Virus record (IMG/VR): IMGVR_UViG_3300016674_000123
Coordinates: 1 to 51,376 of that record
DNA: 51,376 nt
Direction: 5' to 3' (one strand)
Source of the DNA: a virus
Taxonomy: Duplodnaviria > Caudoviricetes
Below are positions 10,926 to 18,707 of this stretch, one piece after another. The first letter of the stretch is position 1. Each line of letters begins with the position of its first letter. Position numbers and translations under genes: made by a program. The notes beneath the pieces were generated by a model. It was not told the DNA's origin, did no database searches, and saw nothing but the letters and a program-made list of their open reading frames with translations.

Positions 10926-10968
10926 CAAATATAATTAATTTTTATTTTTATTTAGACTAAATAAGAAT
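10926..10968 (-). promoter_or_regulatory. head operon promoter with overlapping Fur-box-like palindromes
   Basis: TATATTTG -7 box (10926-10933) matches the Bacteroidota TAnnTTTG consensus; 19-mers at 10944-10962 and 10950-10968. Confidence 0.6.
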
Positions 10969-10983
10969 AAAGATTTTTTGCAC

Positions 10984-11011
10984 AAAAAAACCACCTCGTC
11001 AGAAGTGGTTT
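10984..11011 (-). terminator. intrinsic terminator after the DUF3127 gene
   Basis: AAACCAC/GTGGTTT stem followed by a T-run on the minus strand. Confidence 0.75.
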
Positions 11012-11015
11012 GATT

Positions 11016-11282
11016 TTAATCTATTTTCCAACCTTGTATTGAGTTGAAATACTTGGTTTCACCTTGTGGATTTATCCATTCACGACCTCGCAAATTGATT
11101 GAAACGTTTACTTGCTGACCTACTTGTAAGTTGTTAAGTAAATCGCATTTATCCTGTGCAAACTCAATCAAAATAGGTTGAGGATATTGCTCTTCAGTAA
11201 TTACTACCAATTCTCTCTTTTTGAATGAAGCGCTAACCTGTTGTGTTGGTCCAACGCTTCTAACTTTTCCAGCTACTACCAT
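11016..11282 (-). CDS. DUF3127 family OB-fold (SSB-like) protein
   Basis: FKKRELV, EQYPQ, INLRGREW and YFNSIQGWKI motifs. Confidence 0.85.
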   Translation of the reverse strand: MVVAGKVRSVGPTQQVSASFKKRELVVITEEQYPQPILIEFAQDKCDLLNNLQVGQQVNVSINLRGREWINPQGETKYFNSIQGWKID

Positions 11283-11284
11283 GA

Positions 11285-11512
11285 TTATTGTTTTGGTGGA
11301 GTTACAACAATATGCCCTTTAGCAACTAAATGAGCAACCGCAAGAACAATCTCTTTCCTTTTTCTTCTGGATAACTTGCTTTTTTCCTCCATGATTAAAT
11401 TGTACTCTTTAATCAAATATTCGTAACTTTTGATTAGATTTTTTGTTTTAGCTTCTTGTATTGCTTTTTTCGCAGCTCTTTTACGAAAGAACTCCTTGAT
11501 AAATTTTAGCAT
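11285..11512 (-). CDS. hypothetical basic protein
   Basis: 75-aa ORF, translationally coupled. Confidence 0.6.
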   Translation of the reverse strand: MLKFIKEFFRKRAAKKAIQEAKTKNLIKSYEYLIKEYNLIMEEKSKLSRRKRKEIVLAVAHLVAKGHIVVTPPKQ

Positions 11513-11697
11513 TAGTATATGGTTTTAATGTTTGATATTTCGTATTGATAATGTTGTGATACTGATTCCGCACAAATTACTTCATACATTACTTTGTGTC
11601 CATCCCAAATGATAGCAGTCACCATTCGTGGCAACTGCTCAATATCATGTTTCAGATAAACTATATCCTCAATATTATATTCATTTGGTATTTCCAT
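11512..11697 (-). CDS. hypothetical protein (SH3/KOW-like)
   Basis: YNIEDIVYLK...MVTAI pattern; coupled to the portal stop. Confidence 0.55.
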   Translation of the reverse strand: MEIPNEYNIEDIVYLKHDIEQLPRMVTAIIWDGHKVMYEVICAESVSQHYQYEISNIKTIY

Positions 11698-13112
11698 TAT
11701 TCAACTATTGGATTTTGTTCTGATGCTTTTTCAGAATTAATCAAAGTCAATTCTTCCTCTGGGTTCTCAACCATATCAATCAATTTAATAGCAGATTGAG
11801 CAGACAATAAACCTGCCTCTTTTAATGATATAATAATATCTGTTGCGGTTTTAACATCATCTGGAATGATTGAATTGAAAACAATATCATAATATAAAGC
11901 ACTTCCTAATCCTGATAAAGAAGTGTTTGTGGTTTTTATAATTCCCGACATGATCACATTAATAATTCTTTCAATCATAGTTCTATTTTCTCCCTCATTC
12001 ATCGTTGACTTTATAACTGCATCAAGAAAAAGTAATTTTAAAGCAACTCCCGAAACACTACCAAGACCTTTAACGTTGTCAAATGATAAATCCGGTGTAT
12101 GTGAAATTGAATAAATCAATTCTTTTAAATTATCAAATTCAAGTTTTGAACTTTCAGCAGAATTTGAAGACACCAAAAATTCAGCACCTCCCTTAATCCA
12201 ATTTCCTGAATCGTCTTTTTTCATTGGTAAATTAATAATCTTGCCGTTATCATCTTTATTTGGCAAAGTCTTAATATCACCATGTATCAATAAAATTGGA
12301 TAAGCTGTATAATCGTTTGAATTTCCTAATTTAGACAGAGTAGTTTCGTATCTATCAATTAATTCTTTTACTTCAAACCATTCTGGCTGTTCTTGAGATA
12401 CATAAACAATAGGAATTCTATCAAATCCATGGGCTTTAGGACCTTCGTAAACTAAATCGCCTGTTTGGTCGCTTAATTTATGATAATTAAGTTCATCCCA
12501 AATTTCAATAATATTGAATTCTTTTCCATTTTCACTTGCTTTATATTTCCACATAAATAGCTCCATATTTCCGTTTTGCCCGAAGTATGGAGTCATTTGT
12601 CCTTGTGTATTATCAAGAATTTTTGATTTAATCTCTTTAACCTGTTTATTTAACTTAAAAAAAGATAAAACTTTATTTAAAAGTGAATTTTCTGTTGAAT
12701 CCGCAATATAAAATTGAATTGCAGCTTGAGTTTCTGATTTTTTCAAAGAAACTATTTGTTGAATAGCTGCATCAATTCTGTTTATCTTCCAAATCTGATA
12801 AATCAATTTTGATAAATTGTTTTCTGCTGAAGGAATTAAAGTTACTGGCTTTCCTACTTCAAAAGCTGTTGCAGTAGTAACTATTTTTTTTGCAAAATTT
12901 ATCGGAATACGAACAGCTTTTACTATTTTACCTCCAGTTATTGGTTTATCAACTTGTGTATTTCCAACTTGACTCTCTCTAAGCTTTCTATCTTTGTCCT
13001 TGTATTCCTTTTGATATTTTGAGATATCTTCTACATTTTTAGACTGCGCTTCAATAGTTGCAATCACTTTTTTTGGGTCGGTTTTTAAACCGTCTAATAA
13101 ATTTGTTTCCAT
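11697..13112 (-). CDS. portal protein (SPP1-type)
   Basis: 471 aa; NFAKKIV, HGFDRIPIV, LIDRYE, TPDLS and SGVALK motifs; follows terL. Confidence 0.92.
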   Translation of the reverse strand: METNLLDGLKTDPKKVIATIEAQSKNVEDISKYQKEYKDKDRKLRESQVGNTQVDKPITGGKIVKAVRIPINFAKKIVTTATAFEVGKPVTLIPSAENNLSKLIYQIWKINRIDAAIQQIVSLKKSETQAAIQFYIADSTENSLLNKVLSFFKLNKQVKEIKSKILDNTQGQMTPYFGQNGNMELFMWKYKASENGKEFNIIEIWDELNYHKLSDQTGDLVYEGPKAHGFDRIPIVYVSQEQPEWFEVKELIDRYETTLSKLGNSNDYTAYPILLIHGDIKTLPNKDDNGKIINLPMKKDDSGNWIKGGAEFLVSSNSAESSKLEFDNLKELIYSISHTPDLSFDNVKGLGSVSGVALKLLFLDAVIKSTMNEGENRTMIERIINVIMSGIIKTTNTSLSGLGSALYYDIVFNSIIPDDVKTATDIIISLKEAGLLSAQSAIKLIDMVENPEEELTLINSEKASEQNPIVE

Positions 13113-13117
13113 GGTTA

Positions 13118-14587
13118 TTAATAATTAATGTTTTTTAAAGTTTCTGTGTCAGTTTCAAGTATTGCCGATTCTGAATTATGCGCAATGTGGCCATAACGAG
13201 CCATATCCCAAATGTGGTTAAACTTATCGATAGGCTGATTAATAGCGATTCCACCGATTTCTTTCATTCGGTAGTTTTGTTGTTCCTTTAGTGCTTCTCG
13301 GTAAAGATGATTTTTAACAATATGAATTTTTTTAGTTTTCATAGAGTTAAGCCAAAACATAACCGATTTAGTTTTACTGATTTTATAAGCATTTATAAAA
13401 CCTCTTTGTTTCAATCCTCGAACCATTTCAACTGTTCCTTTGTTTTCTCCAGTGTATTTATCCGCAGAATCACAAGGGATAATGTCTTTAGCTGGGTCAA
13501 TTCCGAGCTCTTCCATTAAAGAAGCTAAAGCATCAGGAGTTTCTATTGGTTCATAACATAACGGCTCAATCCAAATGTTGTACTCATCCTCTGCATATTT
13601 TCCAAGCACATTTGGATCTGTTGTAAATCCAAAGTCATTTGGATAAATTGGCGCTTTATCTTCTGGGAATTTATCAATCCATTCAACGTATGGGAAAATA
13701 ACTCCTTTCATTGCGCCACGTAAACCAAGTCCGTAAACTTTCCAATTGAACTCGTCAGCAGTTCCGTTTTGAATGTTTGTTGGGTGCGGTGGTGGTTGGT
13801 TTGTTGATGTTACAGGCTCAATCTTTTTAGTGAGCTTATTGTAACACATTATCACAGAATTTTTAACAATGTATGATCCTGGCTTCCATGGTTCCCAACC
13901 AAGTATTTTGTTTTTCTCCCCAGCAGAAATATGTTTATTATCAAGATAGGTGGTTCGAAGAAAAACAACATCAGGACGAGTAAGTACTTTATCAAAAAAC
14001 CAATGGTCTGTAACTGAAGGGTTGTAATCCGCCCACCAAAACTTACGACAACGCAATTCTACTTGGTCAAATACGGATTGCTTAATAAACATTATCTCAT
14101 TAAAAAAGGCATAGTCACAACCTCCACCATGCTTACCGTCTCCAAGAAAGAATATTTTGCTTTTTCCAATCTTAAAAGACTTTACCTCGTCGTTATTATG
14201 AAATTTATTTGGCAGTCCGTAATCGTCAAGCCTGCGCTTGAAATCATCGTAAAGAGTAGTTTTAAATTCGTTGTAGGTTTCACGATAAATGTTGATTGTA
14301 CATCCTTTTGGCTCGTAGTAAAGACAAAGCCAAATAATAATATCTACACCTGACCATGTTTTTCCAGAACGCGACGAACCTTCAAGTCCAGCGCCACGAA
14401 ACCCAGAAACAAGCACATCATCGCCTTTTTCATCTTTCTCGTACTTCTGTTGAGTGATTGACTCAAATAGGAGTTTATAATTAGGGTTGGTATCTTCGTC
14501 TATTTTGGTTAGCTTTTTGCGTGAAATGTCAATCCCTTTTTCTTTCAAGAGAGTTTCAAGTTCCAACATTTCAGCATCTGTAAGCAT
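13118..14587 (-). CDS. terL: terminase large subunit (PBSX/SPP1-like)
   Basis: Walker A GSSRSGKT, Walker B AFFNE, DYNP, nuclease DFGFTTDP and NHIWDMARY. Confidence 0.93.
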   Translation of the reverse strand: MLTDAEMLELETLLKEKGIDISRKKLTKIDEDTNPNYKLLFESITQQKYEKDEKGDDVLVSGFRGAGLEGSSRSGKTWSGVDIIIWLCLYYEPKGCTINIYRETYNEFKTTLYDDFKRRLDDYGLPNKFHNNDEVKSFKIGKSKIFFLGDGKHGGGCDYAFFNEIMFIKQSVFDQVELRCRKFWWADYNPSVTDHWFFDKVLTRPDVVFLRTTYLDNKHISAGEKNKILGWEPWKPGSYIVKNSVIMCYNKLTKKIEPVTSTNQPPPHPTNIQNGTADEFNWKVYGLGLRGAMKGVIFPYVEWIDKFPEDKAPIYPNDFGFTTDPNVLGKYAEDEYNIWIEPLCYEPIETPDALASLMEELGIDPAKDIIPCDSADKYTGENKGTVEMVRGLKQRGFINAYKISKTKSVMFWLNSMKTKKIHIVKNHLYREALKEQQNYRMKEIGGIAINQPIDKFNHIWDMARYGHIAHNSESAILETDTETLKNINY

Positions 14588-14589
14588 TT

Positions 14590-14850
14590 TTAACTTTTAT
14601 AGTTTATTTTCCAAAAACCAACTTGTTTATAATCATCTGAAATACCACCATTAACGCCGTCAATAATTTTAAAAGGCTTAGTACTTAATAATGTTTGGTC
14701 AACCACGAGAAAAACAGTATTAGTATCATTTCCAACTTCAATAAATAAAGGCTTTACTGGCTTCATAGAATCGGTACATTCTTCTAAACGAACAGCCCAC
14801 GCATGTTCTACGTTTTGGACCTCTATGTATGTTTGTGGTATAATTTTCAT
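14590..14850 (-). CDS. hypothetical protein
   Basis: 86-aa ORF in operon. Confidence 0.6.
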   Translation of the reverse strand: MKIIPQTYIEVQNVEHAWAVRLEECTDSMKPVKPLFIEVGNDTNTVFLVVDQTLLSTKPFKIIDGVNGGISDDYKQVGFWKINYKS

Positions 14851-14858
14851 AACATTTT

Positions 14859-15206
14859 CTAAATGAATAAATGTTCCTTTTTTGAAACGATGTTAGCGTC
14901 TTTCAATAACACCGTAAAGTTGTATGCAGAAGCTCTTGATATGTGCAATTTTTCGGCACGCTCAATAAGTTCCTCTGAACTGAAAATAAACATCGAGCAA
15001 ACTATATCAATTAAATGTCTTCGCTCTAATGTGTTTCTTAATCGTTTTGCTTTGATATAAGCGTTTATTTTATCTCTGCGGTCTGAATGGCTAGCAACCA
15101 TATTTTCTTTTGAATCTAACGAATCCAAAACAGCCAAACCAATAAGTGTTGGGTCGGTTGTCTTTTTTCCTTGAACGTAAACTTTATTATTTCTGATTAT
15201 TATCAT
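14859..15206 (-). CDS. Fur-family winged-helix DNA-binding domain with a novel N-terminus and no metal-binding/dimerisation domain
   Basis: YIKAKRLRNTLERRHLIDIV...F...L...ISRASAYNFTVLLKDANIVSK follows the Fur N-domain pattern R-x-T-x-ER ... SRAT-x-YN-x3-LL ... V-x-K. Confidence 0.7.
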   Translation of the reverse strand: MIIIRNNKVYVQGKKTTDPTLIGLAVLDSLDSKENMVASHSDRRDKINAYIKAKRLRNTLERRHLIDIVCSMFIFSSEELIERAEKLHISRASAYNFTVLLKDANIVSKKEHLFI

Positions 15207-15423
15207 TTTCGATGATTTCTTTAATTAGTTTAAATTCAGTAATTGAAGTCATATACTGCTGAACATAATCAAGACCAAGTCTTTTTGCTTGCTCGTAATC
15301 GTGGTAAATGTTTTTGTAGTTCTTGGTTAGCAGTTTTTGTTTGAACTTATCAGTTCCTTCAAGAGATTTGAAATACTCGGTATTTTCAATAACCGCGACG
15401 AAGTTTGTAATATTTACTATCAT
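15187..15423 (-). CDS. hypothetical protein
   Basis: 78-aa ORF directly downstream of the ncRNA cluster. Confidence 0.6.
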   Translation of the reverse strand: MIVNITNFVAVIENTEYFKSLEGTDKFKQKLLTKNYKNIYHDYEQAKRLGLDYVQQYMTSITEFKLIKEIIENDNNQK

Positions 15424-15445
15424 AATGTTTTTTATTATGAAACAC

Positions 15446-15685
15446 GAAAAGCAATTTTGACAATCTGTTTTTTATAAGCAACGAAAGGCTAACGTTATAC
15501 GACCAGATTTTGCGTTGTTCTAATTTCTCGGTTCTTAACAAGGGAAGATTAAAAACCAATACATTACCCTATAACCTCAACGCAGCAGAATGATTTGACG
15601 AGCTATAAACAACCCGATAGGTTCTACTTGCTCATTTGTGCCTAACGCATGGGTATCGCTAAGGGGATGAGCTAAATTGCTTTTC
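15446..15685 (-). ncRNA. candidate ~240-nt multibranch structured RNA
   Basis: Perfect 12-bp terminal stem GAAAAGCAATTT/AAATTGCTTTTC enclosing several nested stems; no ORF. Confidence 0.6.
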
Positions 15686-15712
15686 AATATTTCAATTAAC
15701 AACTAAATTTTG

Positions 15713-15783
15713 TAGCGGATGCCAGACTCGAACTGGTCTTATGGATTATGAGTCCATCGTGCTAGCCATTACACTACACCGCG
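15713..15783 (-). tRNA. tRNA-Met(CAT), atypical
   Basis: D arm GTGT/GCAC, anticodon arm ATGGA-CTCATAA-TCCAT, T arm CCAG-TTCGAGT-CTGG; acceptor stem irregular with C1:U72 mismatch. Confidence 0.8.
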
Positions 15784-15914
15784 ATGTTGAAAGTCTTTCC
15801 TTTCTGTCAACTCTAGTTATCATCAACCTAACCTTAGCGTAACAATTCCGAGTAAGAACGAGTGGTCTTTCTTTTAAAATCCGTAGCCACTATTGAGGAT
15901 TCCTTCTTTAAAAT

Positions 15915-16000
15915 TGTGGAGGATAACGGATTCGAACCGCTTACTCTGTTGATACAATGTGCACTTACCAACTCTGCTCTATCCGATGAGCTACTTCCAC
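15915..16000 (-). ncRNA. tRNA-like RNA with enlarged anticodon arm
   Basis: Acceptor GTGGA/TCCAC, D arm GCTC/GAGC, T arm AGCGG-TTCGAAT-CCGTT; anticodon arm GTTGGTA/TATCAAC with an 11-nt loop. Confidence 0.7.
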
Positions 16001-16086
16001 TTGATCATTCTTTCGCTTTTAACCCAAAGGAAACAGTTTCACAGTTAACGAAGGGAGCTTCCCATATTGTCTGAAGCTAATGGCCT

Positions 16087-16323
16087 TTATTTTTTGATAC
16101 CTCGTCTTAAACGATTTACCTTGTTTTTAATCTTTTGACTTTTACTCGGGAAATAAATCGGTGAGTAGGATGGACCGAAATATGTCGGAGCACTAGGTCT
16201 ACCATCAAATTTGTGAGATTGTTCCGTTTCATTTTTTAATTGATTCATACTCTTTGAAGCCTGTTCCGCTTGTGAAGCCAAACCAAACATTGCAGCAGCT
16301 AACCCGATAATTGATTTTCTCAT
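16087..16323 (-). CDS. hypothetical protein (hydrophobic N-terminus, basic C-terminus)
   Basis: 78-aa ORF downstream of a promoter. Confidence 0.6.
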   Translation of the reverse strand: MRKSIIGLAAAMFGLASQAEQASKSMNQLKNETEQSHKFDGRPSAPTYFGPSYSPIYFPSKSQKIKNKVNRLRRGIKK

Positions 16324-16346
16324 AATTTATTGTTTTTTCGTTGCAT

Positions 16347-16388
16347 CAAAAATAATACATTTTGCAACATAATTGCAAAATATGTTAT
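16347..16388 (-). promoter_or_regulatory. promoter with inverted ATAACATATTTTGCAA-type operator pair
   Basis: TATTTTTG -7 box 16347-16354; motif copies at 16352-16367 (14/16) and 16373-16388 (perfect, inverted). Confidence 0.65.
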
Positions 16389-16406
16389 TATTTATTTAAA
16401 AAAAAT

Positions 16407-16886
16407 CTAAACATTGAGTTTAGAAGCTTTTTCGAGTAATGCCTCAAGTCTTTTTTGCTTTTCTTCGCTAAACTCAAAAGAATCAGGAATTAAAGGGTTT
16501 TCTTTATCACCACGCAATACGGTTACTTTTGGAATATAAAGACCTTCAAGCTTTGTGATTTCCTTTTTAATTGAATTGATAACGGACATTCCTTGCGGTG
16601 TACCTTTATAGCTTTCTTTCATGTTACGAATATCCTGTTTTAATTCAGCTATTCGCATGATACGCTTTTGCTCAATGGTTGCTTCTTCGTCTTGTTGCCA
16701 TGCAACGTAGGCTTTTTTAAGAAGTTCCTTTGCTTGGCGACGGCTTATATTGTTTCCGTCTTTGTTTTGGAATTGGTTGCAAATGTTTTTAAGTATCAAA
16801 TAATCGGGCACACCATTAATAATCCACCCTTGAATGGTGAATACACGTCTTTCTGTTTCTTCTTTGGAAGATCTAACGCCAGCCAT
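16407..16886 (-). CDS. putative terminase small subunit
   Basis: 159 aa; N-terminal HTH-like segment (ISRRQAKELLKKA), helical core, KLEGLY and GDKENPL tail; upstream of terL. Confidence 0.55.
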   Translation of the reverse strand: MAGVRSSKEETERRVFTIQGWIINGVPDYLILKNICNQFQNKDGNNISRRQAKELLKKAYVAWQQDEEATIEQKRIMRIAELKQDIRNMKESYKGTPQGMSVINSIKKEITKLEGLYIPKVTVLRGDKENPLIPDSFEFSEEKQKRLEALLEKASKLNV

Positions 16887-16889
16887 AAA

Positions 16890-17126
16890 TTATTGTTTTG
16901 GATACATTCGTTTTATAACTTCAATATGTCTAGATAATTCTGTAATTCTATCTCTAAGTTTTACAGCTTCACGCTCACGCATACGACGAATTTCGGAATC
17001 ATTTTCTGTTATAGATGAATCTTGATATGCTTTTAGTGCGTGTTCATTTATTCCTTTTTCACCCTCAAGGTAAGCGATAATATTATCTCTAATTTCCATA
17101 ATTATTTGATAGTTAGTAAGCGCCAT
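16890..17126 (-). CDS. hypothetical coiled-coil protein
   Basis: 78-aa ORF. Confidence 0.6.
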   Translation of the reverse strand: MALTNYQIIMEIRDNIIAYLEGEKGINEHALKAYQDSSITENDSEIRRMREREAVKLRDRITELSRHIEVIKRMYPKQ

Positions 17127-17130
17127 TGTG

Positions 17131-17172
17131 AAAAAAGAATTGGTTATAATGGCGTAAAAATAACCAATTCTT
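17131..17172 (-). terminator. 13-bp inverted repeat, terminator or operator
   Basis: AAGAATTGGTTAT (17135-17147) / ATAACCAATTCTT (17160-17172) with a T-run. Confidence 0.6.
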
Positions 17173-17186
17173 ATATTAGTTTCGTT

Positions 17187-18671
17187 CTAAATTACTTCTG
17201 TAGATTCTTCGAGCTCGCCAAGGTTTAATTCAGGATAATTTTCTTTGATTTTCTTCGGGTCGCCTTTGTAGAAAACTAACACGTTTTGGTGCATTTTACC
17301 AACCTTACGACCTCCGTTGAATTGTCGCCTTACTCGAATAGCTAAAGAACCCACAACGTTTACTAAAATGATTTCGTTGTATAGTTCCATTCCAGCATCT
17401 TTAAAGGCTTGAATAGTATCGCTGACAAAGTTGTAATAGAATCCGTTTTTGTCGCGAACATCACCCACCACGAAACACGCAAATCGGTCGTCTTTTAGTT
17501 GGGCAACTGATTTTTTAATGATTGAAAAGTAAACTTCTTTAAACTGATCATAATCCATATTGGATAAATCTTTTGGGTCGTCGCTATACTTTTCAAGGTC
17601 GGCATAAGGTGGGCACGAGTAAACGAAATCAAATTCTCTTTCTTCACTTACTTTAGTTCCTAAAACTTCATTACTATCTCCAGCGAACCATTTAACAGTT
17701 GCTGGTCCTAATCCTAAAATATTAGCTTGCTTTCTATTTGCTTCCACTTGGTCATCGCGCAAATCAATTCCTAAATAATCATAACCAAGTACGCCAGCAA
17801 CTACACCACGAACAGAACCACCAGCAAATGGGTCTAATATTCTTCCACCAACAGGACAGAACCAACGATAAGACAATTCACAAAGTACTGGGTCAAAGAT
17901 ACTCGCGCCTTCGTAAACGTGCATTCCTTTTTTCTTGGCGTAATCAATGATTTCATCCCAAGTAGGCTCACGTTGTAACATGTCGCGCATCTTGTTCTTT
18001 AGTTCGTAAATTCCTGTTGATTGACCGCTTTTAGCGATTAGCTCGACATCCTCGCGAGTTTCTTGTGAGTTGAAACCTAATTGTAACCATTTTCTTTTAC
18101 GTTCTTGCCACGCTCCAGAACGAGTATCTAATATCGAGAAAGGAGGGAAGATGAAACTGTCTTTTAACGATGAAGGTGTGATTTTGTCTCCTGGCTCAAT
18201 TCCTGATGATTGATTTAATAAACCTTGAAAGGCAATATCATCAAATTCAGGAATATTCATTATCGCTTGCAAATCTGGAAAATCCAAATCGAAGTTCTTA
18301 ACGAAGTCAAGTAATCCTTGTTGAGTGATTTTTGCGTATGCAGATGAATAAACCAAAACCAATTCAGCTGCTTCTTTCATGTCCTTGCAGTTGATAAAGG
18401 TTGCTGGTAGCATTTGTGGAACTTCATAACCGTTTTCGGCAACGGACATTAAATCCAAAAATCTATGTCTTCCGTCAAGGCAATAGTTTATGCCGTTGTG
18501 GTGCCATACCTTGAACGGGTCAGCAAATTGATATTTAAGCAACGATTCGATTAACTTCTTGTCGCCATTAGGCAACCATTCTTTGAAGTCTTCTTGTTGG
18601 ATGAATTGAAGTTCTAACCACTTTATGGGTTCGGTTTTGATAATGCGTGATTCAATAACAGCTTGACTCAT
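17187..18671 (-). CDS. ParB/Srx-like domain fused to amino-DNA methyltransferase
   Basis: N-terminal LDGRHR; SAM-binding LDPFAGG; catalytic SCPPY. Confidence 0.85.
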   Translation of the reverse strand: MSQAVIESRIIKTEPIKWLELQFIQQEDFKEWLPNGDKKLIESLLKYQFADPFKVWHHNGINYCLDGRHRFLDLMSVAENGYEVPQMLPATFINCKDMKEAAELVLVYSSAYAKITQQGLLDFVKNFDLDFPDLQAIMNIPEFDDIAFQGLLNQSSGIEPGDKITPSSLKDSFIFPPFSILDTRSGAWQERKRKWLQLGFNSQETREDVELIAKSGQSTGIYELKNKMRDMLQREPTWDEIIDYAKKKGMHVYEGASIFDPVLCELSYRWFCPVGGRILDPFAGGSVRGVVAGVLGYDYLGIDLRDDQVEANRKQANILGLGPATVKWFAGDSNEVLGTKVSEEREFDFVYSCPPYADLEKYSDDPKDLSNMDYDQFKEVYFSIIKKSVAQLKDDRFACFVVGDVRDKNGFYYNFVSDTIQAFKDAGMELYNEIILVNVVGSLAIRVRRQFNGGRKVGKMHQNVLVFYKGDPKKIKENYPELNLGELEESTEVI

Positions 18672-18707
18672 TGGGATTTAATTTTTTATTTTGGTTATAT
18701 TTTACAA

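Noticed and set aside
15800-15830. Hammerhead ribozyme (TTGATGA...GAAA on the minus strand)
   Set aside because: Core lacks C3, GAAA does not directly follow stem II, and no stems I/III were found
15686-15914. Theta/HDV-like ribozymes at the tRNA 3' ends
   Set aside because: Both 3' trailers begin with AT-rich sequence and no nested double pseudoknot could be built
15862-16074. 70-aa plus-strand ORF
   Set aside because: Antisense to the tRNA-like RNA, GTG start, no protein-like features
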